A stretch of 62,726 nucleotides of DNA, the filler included, from Choristocarpus tenellus KU-1152 (taxonomy: Eukaryota > Protista > Phaeophyceae), in assembly GCA_964200185.2 (NCBI GenBank). It is 12 parts of 12 records of this genome, joined end to end, with 100 filler letters (N's around TTAATTAATTAA, not from the genome) between each part and the next. Parts side by side here need not be neighbours in the genome. Positions count along the whole stretch, not along the records: positions 44,011 to 46,684 come from CAXNAD020025749.1; positions 46,785 to 59,524 come from CAXNAD020001722.1; 10 more parts are not named here. One strand, written 5' to 3'. Made by a program: the position numbers and the translations under genes. The notes beneath the pieces were generated by a model, which was not told the DNA's origin, did not search any database, and worked only from the letters and a program-made list of their open reading frames with translations. Within the stretch, counting starts at the first letter, position 1. Every line of letters starts with the position of its first letter. This document shows, one piece after another, positions 44,614-58,249 of the stretch.

Positions 44614-46684
44614 ACCGGCGGATCTTGATCTCCTCCAACAGCTTCAGCTTTTGCTCCACTTCCTTGATGCGAATGTCCAGATCACCCTGATCCATGCCCT
44701 CTTTGCCCCGCTTACCCTCCTGTGTGCTACTAGTTGGAGCCTTTTTAGTTCCTTTCGCTGATACCGTCACAGACCGTATCTCTGACCCAAAACCTTCTCG
44801 AGCAACCCCAACAGATAGCGCCCCAACATGCTGTCCACCCTGTGTCTTTCCTGCTATCCCAGCCCCTGCCCCAACCTTCTCAGATACTGTAGCCAACGCA
44901 CCACCTCCTGCTGACTTCGCGTTGCTACTCCGGTTCCCACCACCACTGCCACCTTTAGCCTCCCCTTGGAGAACATCAATTCCTCGTGATGCAGAGCCTG
45001 AATCCACCGTCCCCTTCAATACCTGCGTTGATGGTGTCTGAAGCACCTTAACAGGCAGCTGTATAGCACCAGCCTTCCCCAAACCGTTCATCATCACAGA
45101 CCGGGGGGGAATGACAGCCGCGTAGCTTGAATTCAGGCTCGGGTCAAAACTACGAGGGAGTCCTGTCCTTATGTCCTTGGTCTTCAGTCGGAAGTAGGGA
45201 CCATCAAGTCCGTAAGGCCACTCCCGACGACTAGAAGAATCTCTGGTCCTACGGGGCCATACTACTACCAAGGCCGATGGTGCCACAGCAGCCACTGAGG
45301 ACACCTTAATACCAACAGCCTGCCCCTGTCCACCTTGGCCCGCCTGAGTCGAGGGAGGTACGAGCACTTGTCCTTCGAGTCCACCGTGTTTCTGTCCACT
45401 CCCATCAGAAGAAAAGGACGTCGGAGGTGACTGCCCACGAGCCCCGCCGGAACGACGTAATTGGACCCCTCCCTCATGCAACACACTTGCCCCACTGGTA
45501 TCATGAACAGCAGGTGCTTTTTCGGCTATGGGGGCCTGATCCTCTTTGCCAGCCACAGATTGCAAGGGGTCTTGATTTTGAGACGTTGGTAACAATGCCG
45601 AAGCTGTCTGGGCTTGAACAGCACCTGGAAAGGCTGCCTGAGCATGAGAATCCTTAGACCCAACAGGTGGAACCAAAACTTGGGTCTGTTTGCTATCAGC
45701 AAACTTCGCCCCAGTATTCCCCTTTGGCCTCATGCAGGCAACCTCACTGTAGGAAACCTTATCCTGATCATGGCACTGGCCTTCCACCTGCTCATGGTCA
45801 TGTTTGGACGTTAACAGTGTCTTGTCAACAATTCGAAATTGCGTCTGAGCTCGTGCCTGAGAAGTTTGAGGATTGGGACCTGCAGGAGGTGCACCATTCC
45901 TCTTTGCCTTGCAATTGCCAATGCTGTTGGTCTTGTCATGCACCAATCCCTGAGTACAAGTCAAGCCTTCAGTTTGGGAAATCCCGTGGTCCTTGTGTGG
46001 AGAATGACCTGCCTTTACAGAAGTTAGTACAGTGGCACCTGCTAGATGCATGTCACCTTCTGATGCCTGCTTGGCCTCAGGAACTATCCCAGTCATCTGG
46101 GCTAGAGCATTTGCATCAGCTGGCACTTGCAGTACAGTTTCCTTCATCGCGGCTTTCCCAGTACCTGAGCTCACCTCTGCTGGTGCTGTTATCAGCCCTG
46201 CTGTGATACCACTTTGAGTGGCTGCCCCTGTGGCAACGGTCTTCTCATTTCTCTCAATCCTTGCACTCCCAATAAGGTCCTCCCGGCCCTTCCCATTCAC
46301 AGAGGCTATTCTGTTTTCTGAAGACCAAGTCTCACTCTTGAGATATTCTGTGCTCTTTCCGCCTTCGTTTTGCTGCACACCACACCCTTGCCTCACCTTC
46401 ACCTTCAATCCCTCCTGGGTGTCAGCCCTGCTTGACTTGCTTGCCTCGAGATCTCTCTTTGCCTTCTTCCTGAACTCCCTTTCTAGGGCCTCAGCATCTT
46501 CCACAGCTACTGCTGCCACCGGTTGTTCACCTGTTCCAGAATTTTTTGCTGTCTCACGATCACCACCAGCAACTGTCATGTTTGATAGCACATGCGATAT
46601 CAAGTTACCACCCTCTACAGTTGGTATTGGGGGCAACACCAGGGTGATGGGAGAAGACTGGGGAGGTGGGGGCACGGGGAGAGG
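44614..46684 (-). CDS. Large (~2.1 kb) exon of an unknown low-complexity protein ending in a short coiled coil
   Basis: 710-codon open frame running from the gap, rich in A/G/S/Q/K, ending DLDIRIKEVEQKLKLLEEIKIRR before a likely GT donor; no domain recognised. Confidence 0.6.
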
Positions 46685-47078
46685 NNNNNNNNNNNNNNNN
46701 NNNNNNNNNNNNNNNNNNNNNNNNNNNNTTAATTAATTAANNNNNNNNNNNNNNNNNNNNNNNNNNNNNNNNNNNNNNNNNNNNCCCGGTCAGGGCCCGA
46801 ATGGCCCCCCCGGGGTAGGCCCCCCCCCCCCCCCCCAGATACTTTGAGCCTTAGTTTTCGGTTTCGATTGATTGTGATTTGATCAAGTTGTAGTGAGTCG
46901 ATCACTATGCTTCATAACCCCACTCCCTCCCCCCTACCTCTATCTCTTTCCCTTGTGTTCTTACCCAAAAGCTTGAGTGCTGGTCTCTGATTTGTGCTAC
47001 AGCAATCGCGTTAGTGGTACCTGATGAATCCTCACCCCCCTTTTGCACCTCGTGCATCCTTCAATGGGGATGATGCAG

Positions 47079-50000
47079 GCTCACAGTACCAATACAAGGA
47101 GTCCCCATTTGGCGGGAACCGCGCTTGTCTAAAAGCCATCTCAGACAGTTGTCGCAGTAGTAGGTGGATAAGGAAGAATGGGTGGAGCCCTCAAGCGCTT
47201 GATGAGAGGCATGGTCTATCATGGAACCCGTCAAAGACAAAGGTCAAGCTGCTGGAGCTGGGGTCCAACGGACTTTCTGGTAAGGGTGGGGATAGAAAGG
47301 AGGGAAGGGGGAAGGACAGGGACGAGGAGGGAGTATTGTAAGTTTTGTAATAACCACCTGTTTTGTTTTGTCAGCTTCGACAAATTGAGCTCACAGCAGT
47401 CTAGACTCGAAATTTGATAAGGGCAATGGTAGTGCACTGATCAGTGGGGGCAGAGTGGAAGAGTAGTTGACATACTATTTGGAATGTGATAAGACTGTAA
47501 AAGAGATGTTGATTCTGACTTGTGATCCTGTTACCATGAACAACACTACTTCGTGTTGGGGCCTTTCTCCCAGTGCTCATTGTTATTGAAAAATGAAGGT
47601 GAGATAAGACTATCTTAGGGCAGCTCTTGATTTGAAAGGGCCACATATTTGACCATCCGTTGACAGAATATGTGCGGTTGATTGGTCAACTAACAAACAT
47701 GCCAAGTACCTGCAGTTGACAATTCCATTTCATCACCGTTGTGGTGAGTTATTTTTACCTCTGGTGATGAGCTCACCTTCTGCCCATAATGTTCTTGCTG
47801 GTTTGGCAGATGAGTGTCTGAGTCAAATTATCTTAAAGGGAAGAGCCCCGTCCGTTTCGGGGTCAATATCCAATGTTACGATTTTGATGTGATTTTGGCT
47901 ATCGTGTTTGTTAGGAAGTGTCAATATCCTTGTTCCGGACACACATTTTCCATAATGTATACATTTTACCTTCTCCAAAATATTTTAGAGTAGGTAAAAT
48001 GCCATTAAAAAACATGGGAAGCCAAGACCCAAATGGATAAACAGGGCAAACCCCGTACCCTCTAAGATACTTTCACTCGTCTGTGAAAAGAGTTTGCCTG
48101 CGGCGTGTCTGCCCCGAAAACAAGAGTCCACCTGCATCCTCTTGATTCTGGAACTGAACGACATCTGTGCTCTTTTCTGTGCTTGTGCTCTACAACCATG
48201 GCAGGGAGTCTACCTAAAGAGTTGGGAGGCCTGACGAGTCTGCTCTGCCTTCGTCTAAACCACAACGAGATAACAGGTTAGGAGAGAAGAGCCTATGGAT
48301 GGGTATTGAGCAATGGCATACCACATTTGTGACTATATATAGGTATCATTCCTCCCTAGTACCTACTGAAGGAGAAGAAATGCTCTACTTTGAAAATTTA
48401 TTTGGAAAGCATTCAAGGAGTGAGAACATTGTGCTCCCTGCCTTGGTGTGTTGAACAGCTTGGTAGAAAAATATCCTGTAGGTGTGGCGCTCTGGTGTAT
48501 TGAACAGCTTGTTGGAAAAAGATCCTATAGGTGTGGTGTTTGAACCCTACAGTTACTACCTCTTGGCATCGAATATCAAACCTATTACCTTCGACCTCTT
48601 AAAGTGTTGATTTTTTTTGTACCTACAGCACATCTTGTTTGAATCCTGTATAGTCTGTAATGGGATGGTTAAGTGCATTTTTTCCATTTTATCGATAAGA
48701 GAGGTTTATTTAAGCACTCCCGAGTTACCTGGGGAAATCGTGAAGTGCCTGTCGTGGAGACCCAGATTCAGATTCATGCGGGATGAATTTCCCAGAGCAG
48801 ATTCGGTGCCTGTGAACTAGAGACACAAAACAAGGTATCTGAGCTGATCCGTATGGATTCACACAACCTTTTTTAACTATTCAAGTCCTTCAAAACCGAG
48901 TAACAAGGGAAACTACTTGTTCAGGTTGTAACTAAACCGAGAATAATGGTTGAAAAAGGTGACCGGAAAAGTTCTGGCATAATAATGTTGTACTAATGAA
49001 AGTTGGATATCTTCCATCATGTATATGTCAGTGGTACCATAGTAGTAAATTGAATCTAGCATATTTTTGAAGTGATGTTGCCCCCTTCACTATGCTAGTC
49101 TTACAGTGCCTTTCTTCGGCGCAATGTCAGTCTTTTGCTCTTATTTTTATCCTTTCTGTCTCTAACTCCATCAAACATGTCTGTGGTATTCAATTGCATA
49201 CCATGGTCCCAAGTAAGGCGTCTGAGGTCTGTGGATGAAAGTGGGAACTTTCTTGACCAGGTTGAATTGCACCGGCTCACTGACAATCAGCCACCTTTGT
49301 CCATTGCAATTCAAGAATTATTCCCCCCACCTACTTAGTCATGAGATGGATTTTTTGTCAGTATGATGACTCTGTTCTCCCTGTGTGGAATATTGTAAAA
49401 GGTTGTATCCCTGCAGAGATTGGTCTCCTCTCCCAACTTCAGCAACTTGAGCTACAGGGGAATGACTTCACTGGTGCAATACCCAAGCAACTTGGTAACT
49501 TGCCTGATTTAGAATATCTGGGCTTGCACGAGAATAAGCTTGCAGGTAAGAAGGGTAAGCAAGAGGTTCTGTCATTGGTATTGGTTTGTTCAGCTATCTG
49601 TTCTTGCTGCAAGGAATGTCATTTGCTTTTCTATACAAGTGCAATATGATGATCGAATCAAGGTGGAAGACATTCACGTATAAATAATTATTTAATGGTA
49701 TTGGGTTGGATCAGATATGCGAATGAATTCGATCGACAGATACGGACGCCTGCGGATAGTCTTTGCGTCAGGACAGGTAGGAGCAGTGAAGGATTCATGC
49801 TTTCTCATTCCCCCTGTGATGGTGGTGTGTCCTTTGCCCGTTTACTGTTTGAAAGGCGCGGCCAAGCTTGCCGCTTATAGTGGTAGTCAGGAAATGGGTA
49901 ACGGTTAACTTGACCCTTTACTGCCTGCCCCCAAGCGTTTGGCTTGTCTGCAGTTCTTGACTGTTTTTTTTCAGTATATCTTAGTGATGGACACGGGAAT

Positions 50001-51465
50001 ATTTTCGACAATACTCAATTACTGATACTTTGAAAACATCAGAAACCATTGCCGACTCTTGACTCTGAACCTTATAGTTTAAAGTTTTATAGTTAGTTCA
50101 TTGTCATAGTGTCTGGTGTTGATGTGGAAGTTTTTCATGGTACAGTGGATCGCATCACATGGTGTAGGGTACAAAAATATGTCTATGGGTTTCCGTAAAT
50201 ATGGAAAAGGAGTTTCCAGCTGTTGAGGCCTAGTGCAACACCCCAGTCTGCCAGCCAAGCGGTCCAGAATTCTCGACCGGAATCTGTCTCCTGACATCTC
50301 TGATACCAGTGTCGCTATATAGTCTCTGAATTCCTGGTCTATCGTGTCTCATGCCACACCTCAGAAACTTCCTCTGCCTCCCCCCAAACATGGGTTTCCT
50401 GGAATAAACATAGGTCCTATACCGAAGGAATTTGGCAACTTGGTGAAGCTGCGACACATGGCCCTCTGTAGCAATCGTCTGTCAGGTGGGTATTGCAGAA
50501 GATATCCTGTCTGCGATGTTATAAGGTCGAGTCAAGTATTCTTGGTGTGATGAATGAGGCACCAGATCTGGATCACAGTTCATTTGATCTCCTATGCTAC
50601 AAACCGTAATTTGTATCAATAATAATGTGATACGGGATCAAGCTATGGACTTGATCATTGCACTAGATACTGATACATGTGTGTGGTTACTGACAGTTAG
50701 CTTGGAAGATGTGACACAGATTTGAGCTTCCTGTGAAAGATCCTTACTTGAAAATGTATCACACTATCAACTATTGACTTTGCCGTACTATGCTCATTCC
50801 TCTCTCAACGAATACACTACATATCAGGTGAAATCCCATCCGAAATAGGTATGCTGAGACAGCTAGAAAAGCTCTACCTCAACAACAACCGCTTTACAGG
50901 TGAGCGTCTGTGTGTATACAGTCTACCTTAGTTTTATAGGCAGGTTTATCAGTCACCCCCAAGCACTGTACGACACTATTAACTACCAAGCACTAATCGA
51001 TTTTCTGCTGCGAAAGAGCCCGTAGTCTTTCCCAAGCTAATACTGCTTCTCCTACCATCTGCCTTGATCCAAGGTAATCACATGCAACATACTTTTCCTG
51101 CAAAAAGTACTAAAAAACTAATGAAAAAAGAAAATACTCCTCTGATCATGTGAAATTCTTCAGAATCCGGTGATTTGGTGTGAAGAGTGGCATGCTTGGT
51201 GACTGAACCCTCCAAGTCTTCAGTTACTCCTTGCTGAGAGCTGGTGCTTGTTTGCCCCCCCTACCCCCTTCCGTTTTTCTGTCTGGTCACTGTGCTGTGT
51301 ATTTTTTGTGCAGGGACCTTGCCAGATACTATGGGGCGTATGGTCAGCCTGGTGAAGCTTCGCCTGGAGGGTAACAGCATCAAAGGTATGGCAAAAGTGT
51401 GGAAAGACATTCCAGGGTACTTTCCTTCCCTTCCTATTAGTATTGTATGACCTCTCAGTAGATGC

Positions 51466-51499
<34 letters not shown>

Positions 51500-52792
51500 T
51501 GTTAGCTATCAAGACTCTCACTCCTCCTTGCCTCCGCCCATGTAGACAAACTAATGGTATTGATCGGTAATCCCCTGGGGTTTTTTTGTTCACAATATCA
51601 ATGTGAAGCAATTATTTAATTCCTTAGGCTTTGATGCAGTGACAGCATCCTATGGTGCTGTAAAATCATGCAAATACATTCACTACACTGCAACGATCAC
51701 TGAACCCTTCCTTCCCATCCCTTCCTTGTGTTTGGTTCGTGATACTGTGCAAAACATTCTATAACTAACTGATCCGCATGCTCAACAGGTTCTATCCCAC
51801 CTGAAGTAGGGGACATCCTCAAGCTGGAGATTTTGAACCTTGGTTTCGCTGGAAATGGCAATAACTTCTCAGGTGCGGACTTGGCCGGTGATGTGTTGGT
51901 GTTTAGATAGAAGTGATAAACAAAATGCTAAGCAGAGGGATGAGATTGTGGACCAAATTGATCGTAGCATCCACTTGGAGAGTAAATTCGGTGAGATAGG
52001 TGGTGTAGCCTCCATGCATTACATCAATCGTCTTTAACTTATATTTTCAATCTTTCCCTTTTCAGTAGAGCACGGGCCCATTAAGATGGATTCCATGGAG
52101 CAGTGGAGTACAAGAACTATAAACTGATGCTTCAGAGCATACAGTGCGAAAGCTGGCACTACCGGGTCTCAGTGTTTCTTAGATCATTTCTTGCCCCCCC
52201 CCTTTCCTTTCCTGTGTGCTTGTGATGGTTCTTCTCCATAGGTGAAATCCCAGTCAAGGCGTTGGGCAAGCTGACTTCTCTCGTGTGGCTCTCCATTTCT
52301 GACAACCCAGACTTGCATGGTGAGAAGTCCCCTCCACCCTCACCACAACCCTTATCCTAGATGTGACTTTTAGCTTGAAAAAATGCAAATTGGACATAGA
52401 GCTAGGGTCTGACAATGCGATCTACTTGCAAGGGCATCAAGACACACCTAGTACAAATTGAAGTGAGCATAAAATTGACCTATGCTTTACATTGTTGGGT
52501 ACTGTGTCCTCCAGATTTGACAACGACAGACTATGTGTAGTAAGGGGTGTTTTCTTGCTTCTGACGATGCATACTAGAATTTTGGTGGTAGATAGCACAT
52601 TTTAGCTTGTGAGTTTGTTATGTATTGGATGCAGTCAAACCTTTTTGTCAACACTCTTTTTTCAGATCCAACAGCAGCAAAGATCTAATTAAGGATTGTA
52701 CTCTTTTTTGTGGCCCTAGCACTGCAACGTTTAATCCCAGCCCTTCACGGCTATGTGATACAACTAGAAGTTGGGCCTGGATGGAACCCTGA
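47079..52792 (+). CDS. Leucine-rich-repeat protein (plant-specific-type 24-aa LRR); exons ~47079..47279, 48205..48276, 49402..49545, 50414..50485, 50828..50899, 51314..51385, 51789..51872, 52242..52319, 52666..52792
   Basis: LRR N-cap (LKAI..W..KNGW...HGL...VKLLELGSNGLSG) then GxIPxELGxLxxLxxLxLxxNxLT repeats, each on phase-1 GT-AG exons of 72, 144, 72, 72, 72, 84 and 78 nt. Confidence 0.9.
47843..48078. mobile_element. MITE family B in LRR intron, short arm damaged
   Basis: Internal sequence and long-arm TIR TACCCTCTAAGATACTTTCACTC. Confidence 0.8.
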
Positions 52793-53866
52793 CCCATAGG
52801 TTTGAGACCAGGCACAGACACAGCCCTGTTGGCAAGGTGGTCAGACAGGATCCCTAAAATACCTGAGTATCTTGGAGCTCTCAAGTATACAGAAGTGCCT
52901 AATTCTCTCATCCTTGCACAATCCTATGTGTGTGGCCACATATCGCCTACCCTGCCACTGAATACACTACTACTGGGGTTGGTGATTACAGAGTACCGAA
53001 CTATATGGATTTAGATATGACTGATGACTTTACCACTTTTCGCTGTTGGTTGCTTCCAGGTTCCCTTGGCAATTTTGGTTGATGCTTGTCTATCCCCTGG
53101 TCTTGTGGAAGAAAGAGACAGTATTCCTCCACCCTCTGTCTTACCCTGTTCACCTACGTTCTCCTCCCCGCCGTTTTGCTCCATTCCACCATTCACCTGT
53201 CACTATCTGGTACAGTGAAGAAGGGTCCATTTGGAGGCAGCAAGGCAAACCTCAAGAAAGTGCTCCCTTCCTCCTGTGAGGTACACCTCTGAAAAAGATC
53301 TTTGATAAGAGAGGGAGACCGATGCTGGAAGGATGGCCATGCACCCCACCCCTATTTCCTTAAGTGCATGCTTGACTTACAGTGTCGGTTGTGTGCAATT
53401 GAAATATTTGTGGTTTACGTCTGCTGTAAGGCCCTTGCATGATCCCAATGCCACTATAGAAGGGAGGGATTTGGGGTACAGGTGCAGGTCAGTGGGAAGC
53501 TTAAAACCCATCCATGACCTGTGTGACGCTTTTATCCCTGTCACAATCTGATTGGCTTGGGGGAGGATGTGTTGATAGGGAGTGGAACAGGGTTGTAGGT
53601 ATATTCATGGTGGTTGTAAGCTGACCGTACTCTTGATTGTAACATAAACATACTAATTTGTAGAGAGTATTCAATGAAGTTTCCTTACCCTAGTAGAGCA
53701 CATACTGTCTCAAGGGTTTAATGTTCTCAGTAAGCGGTTAGTAGCAAAGAGATGCCAAAGATAAGAGCCTTTGACAGATTGCAGAAAGGATGCACTGTAT
53801 AGGCTCACTGTGACTGTAGACTCTTGTATGGGTGTAGACGTTGCATTTTTTACAATGCTCACATCC

Positions 53867-54066
53867 GACTCAAAGTATCTGGGAGGGGGGGGTTGTCTAT
53901 ACCAGGGTGTCCATTTGGGTCCTGACCAGGAAACATGCACTTACATTATCCATCCGACGTATGCAAGTAAATCACCCAAAAATTGCGACATGGAAAAATA
54001 GGGCCCAAATGGACAGCCGCCAACCCCCCCCCCCCCCCCCCNNNNNNNNCCTAGATACTTTGAGCC
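53867..54066. mobile_element. MITE family A (reverse orientation)
   Basis: GACTCAAAGTATCT ... AGATACTTTGAGCC; flanks atcc/ttcc. Confidence 0.85.
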
Positions 54067-56949
54067 TTCCTGTATCTCGGCATAATGTTGCACATGGTGC
54101 ATTTATGAAACCGTGTGAACGACACGATTTTTTTTTTCCTCTTTTAGTACCTGTGACTTTGCTATGTGCATTGCAGGTGTCTTGTTTATATCGTTATAGT
54201 ATCCCTCTCGTATGTATGCTTGTCTAGTGGTAATCAATGTAACACACAAAGTTGTGTTGTCAAGGAATTTGTCTGGGTGCTCTTTGCATGGCTGATTTGT
54301 GCCACACACGTTTGAACATCATGTCCATGTTGAGAGGACTGTTTATATTTTGTGTGTTGATTTCTTTTGGTATGTTGCAGGGGTTGTCTGTCTTGTAGTG
54401 AAGAGTCAGATACTCAGTTTTTCTCGTTGCTTGGATCTGGGTGTTTTGGTATGGCATAACTTGGTTTGCGCTTCTGGCTGTGAGCTACGTGTCATGTCAC
54501 ATTCATTATTTACAAGTGTTACTGGTGCTCGACTGTAGTACAAAGGTGTGGTAGGATGGGTGGAGGATGCACTAGGAGGTTGAATAGGTAGTTGTGGCAA
54601 CCAATATTTTAGTTTTGTCATGCTTACTGTTGATGTTTATTTTGTACTTGACTGGGTTTTTTGCTGTATTATTTTGGTAATCAAAAGAGCGCTGCGTCTA
54701 TCCAATGACGAGGAGGTTGGGGAGGTTGCTGGTGCTAAGATCTAGGGGGGAGGAGTGTGAGGGAATCAGGGGCAGGTTGTGGGGGCGCCTTTCCACCAAG
54801 CCAGTTGGGGGGATGATGGTACTTTGTGTGGGAAGTTGCATATTGAATGGGAGGGGATTTTGATACCTGCTTTATTTGAGGTTTTGGGAGGTAATCTCTT
54901 TGGAAACCCATGATGTACCCCTGGTTCAGATGATGCTCATCCCCAGCATATGGTTTTCTAGTAGAGTTTTGTTTTGAATACTGTAGGTTGTAAAGTATGA
55001 AGGAAGGTGTGAGCACATCATAGAATTCCAGTGTTCCTGATGTGTGCTGAGTGGCATTCAATGGTCTCTACGACCTGATACGCTGTACTTCATGAGCAAC
55101 TAGTGAGATGTGCACACACAAACCTCCAGTATCATAGTAGTTATAGACTACTTAATGAAGGATAATTCGTGTTGTATTGCTGAGTGTCGACTATTGATGT
55201 CTAATATATTGTTATTTTGAAAGCAACTAGTTAAAAGAGACAACATTGTGCGAGCTCTTGGACAAAGAAGGACCTCCTACGGGAACAGTTATTTCTTCTG
55301 TGCTGATGTCTCTTCTTTCCTCGTTTGATCATCTGACATGTGTCATTCTGATATGGAGCCGATACAGCTATCCAACTGTCTCCCACCACCAAATATTCCA
55401 TGTTTCAAGCAAATTTTTATCCTTGTCCAAAAGTAGATAATGTGGGCCAAAGTATCTGGGGGGGGGGGGGTGGGGCGGCATGGGGGGGCCCAAAGGGACG
55501 CTAGTGGAGGTGGTTGAAAGGGTGAGGAAAATGTNNNNNNNNNNGGGGGGGGGGGGGGGGGGGGGTCTGCACTGGGGTGTCCAAATGGGCCCTTGTATAA
55601 GTGTTTGAAAATTGTATGAAAATGTTGTGAAAAACGCATAATGGAGTTTCTTTTTTCGGTGGAATATTGCATATTCTGCATCTAGTGTATGTACTTGGCG
55701 CTTTAAATGTTGGAAAAGTAGCCTCTCGGGGGGTCAATTTCTGGGGTGAGGTGTTTTGGTTCTTGGTCTGTTGTGACGTGTGGATTGGGTTGGTTCATCT
55801 CTTGTGGATTTATCGCCTTCATCGGGCAGGATTAATGTTAATTGAGGTAGGGATTTAGGGTTTGTCATATCCAGCGTTAAGCAACATGTGGCTGTCAATT
55901 GACCGAGAGGGTCTCGTCAATTTGGGAGGGGTGTGAAGGGATATGTATTTGTGCGAATTCTATGTAAGTTAGGGGGTGCGAGGGGATGAGTTGGCGACAG
56001 GTGTATTACATTTGCGTGTGTATATGTTGGAGGTATGTAAACTATGTCCTTTGTGGAGTGGGGCAAGTCATGTCAATGTTGAAAAAGCGTCTTACGTGGG
56101 AGAGGGGAATGTGCGATCCCTGGTTGTTATGTCCATATATAAAGGCTGGAAGGAGGAACGCCGCATATAAAAAAGACCACACTAGAAGGGGGACGCAACG
56201 AATTCTTTCTACGATGATGTTTATTTTATTTATAATGTGAGAATATCTGCTTTTTCTAGCAAACAAACAGAGAAGTAAATTATTTTTTCCGATTTTAAAA
56301 TTCTATACATACATACATTTCAAACTACTACACCATGTAATATATACCAGTAGTCGTAAGGAAAATAATTGACCAAGAAACAGGTTCTAACCGTCTATAG
56401 TTAAAAATCAACACAATATCCAAAGGTTAGGCAGCACAGGTACACCTAAAAAGAATGACAATAGACATAACACCCAACTGTAATTAAATGCAAAATTAAC
56501 CCTGCCTCGACAACACACGTCCGACCTCCACTATGATAGGACAGGATGTCCACGGGAGGCATGATGTTCTGGATGGATTTTTTGTTGCTGACAATGTCAT
56601 CAACCACTCAACATAGACTGACTCGTTGACCAACTAACCATCTCTCCTCGCGTAGCTGATACTACGTAAGTGGATCAATTTAATACTTCGAAGTAGTCGA
56701 TTTTCTTGTCATCATCAGGAATAATAAACCCTTCGCGGCCATTTGCATTACTATATATTAATAATTACCTTTACAAGCGGCCCGAGGAACTGGAAATCTG
56801 ACTCCATGTCGTAACCCGGGAGGAAGTTAGACTGATAACGACTCATTCATGCCGTGAATGAAAAGCGTTCTTGCAAGGTTTCATAGCGGTGTGCAGTGTA
56901 CCCAAATCACGAACTAGTGCACAAGTGGTCTTAATGCGGAAAACCCTGT

Positions 56950-57228
56950 CCTTCAAAGCTGGATGGGATGGTAAGGGGGAGGGCTTCTGGTCTAGACCCC
57001 CGGTTCTTGGGGGCCCTTGACCATACTACTACTAAAAATTTACAAGTAGTTATTATTGCTAGACGGGAAGCAGTGGATACGTGTAGCTCCGCCCTTTTAA
57101 ACCTGGATGGGATGGTAAAGGGGAGGGCTTATGGTCCAGACCCACAGTTCCTGGGGTCCTTGACCATACCACTACTAAGAAGATATTAGTAGCTGTTATT
57201 GCTAGACGGGAAGCAGTGGATACATGTA
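56950..57228. repeat. Tandem duplication, 144-bp period, 2 copies
   Basis: ctggatgggatggtaa at 56959 and 57103; both units end gctagacgggaagcagtggatac. Confidence 0.85.
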
Positions 57229-57576
57229 AATATCCTCAGATCTGACCCCCCTCCCCTTCTGCCTGTACTCAAACAGTATATTGATAAGCGATATTGAGTA
57301 GTAGATGGTTGGACCAGAATTTGATGGGATTTTATGATCTCCTGCGATGCTCTCATTATCCACTCTGAGGCACCGGGAGGGTCTCTTTGCTCTGTTTAAG
57401 GAGAGTGTGCCTGAGAGGGATGCGTTGAAGGGAAAAGCGAAGTAAAACATCTCCCACTTACGCAGTCACATTGCTCGAGCAGCACCAAGAGAAAGGCAAA
57501 AGGGGGGGCTATGTGGTATGTATTAGGGGAAAAATAGAGCTCTGGCAGCCCATTCTCCAGCAGCACCAAGAGGAAA

Positions 57577-57832
57577 GAGTGAAAGTGTCTTAGAGGGTAC
57601 GAATTTGCCCTGTTTGTCCCTTTGGGGCTTGGCTTCCCATGTTCTTTTTTATGACATTTTCCTACTCCCAAATATTTCGGAGTAGGTAAAATGTGTATGT
57701 TATGAAAAGTGTGACCGGAACAAGGATGTTGACACTTCCTAACAAACACGATAACCAAAATTACATCAAAATGGCAAATTGGATTGTGGCCCCCAAATGG
57801 ACGCAGCTCCACCCTCTAATATACTTTGGCTC
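57577..57832. mobile_element. MITE family B, TSD AAA
   Basis: aaa-GAGTGAAAGTGTCTTAGAGGGTA ... ATACTTTGGCTC-aaa. Confidence 0.88.
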
Positions 57833-58249
57833 AAAGGTACGGTGGAATAAATATATATATATTCGTGCTTGTGTGTCCATAATTGATTATTAATATACTA
57901 AACGTACATGTGTAGCTGTGGGGTCTACACACCTCTGACCTTGGAGGTGGCCAAAACAGGGAATCTTTCCTTCTGATATTGCTCAAATACTGTGCCTCAT
58001 ATTCTTTTGAGGGATCCCAGACCCGTGGTCGAAAATGTAGCCTAAAGAAGACACTACATACTACTGGAGAAAAGGCAGTAAGAACCATAAAAGAAAAGAA
58101 AAAGGAATAGAGAAGGAAATCAATTAAAAGAACAGAACCAGGAGGAAAAAACGCCATCACCCAAAAAGAGTAAGGGGAACATAAAAAGAAAAACACAAGC
58201 CATGCAAGAGAACAAGCCCACACATAGAAAAAAATCCGTACGCAGTGAT

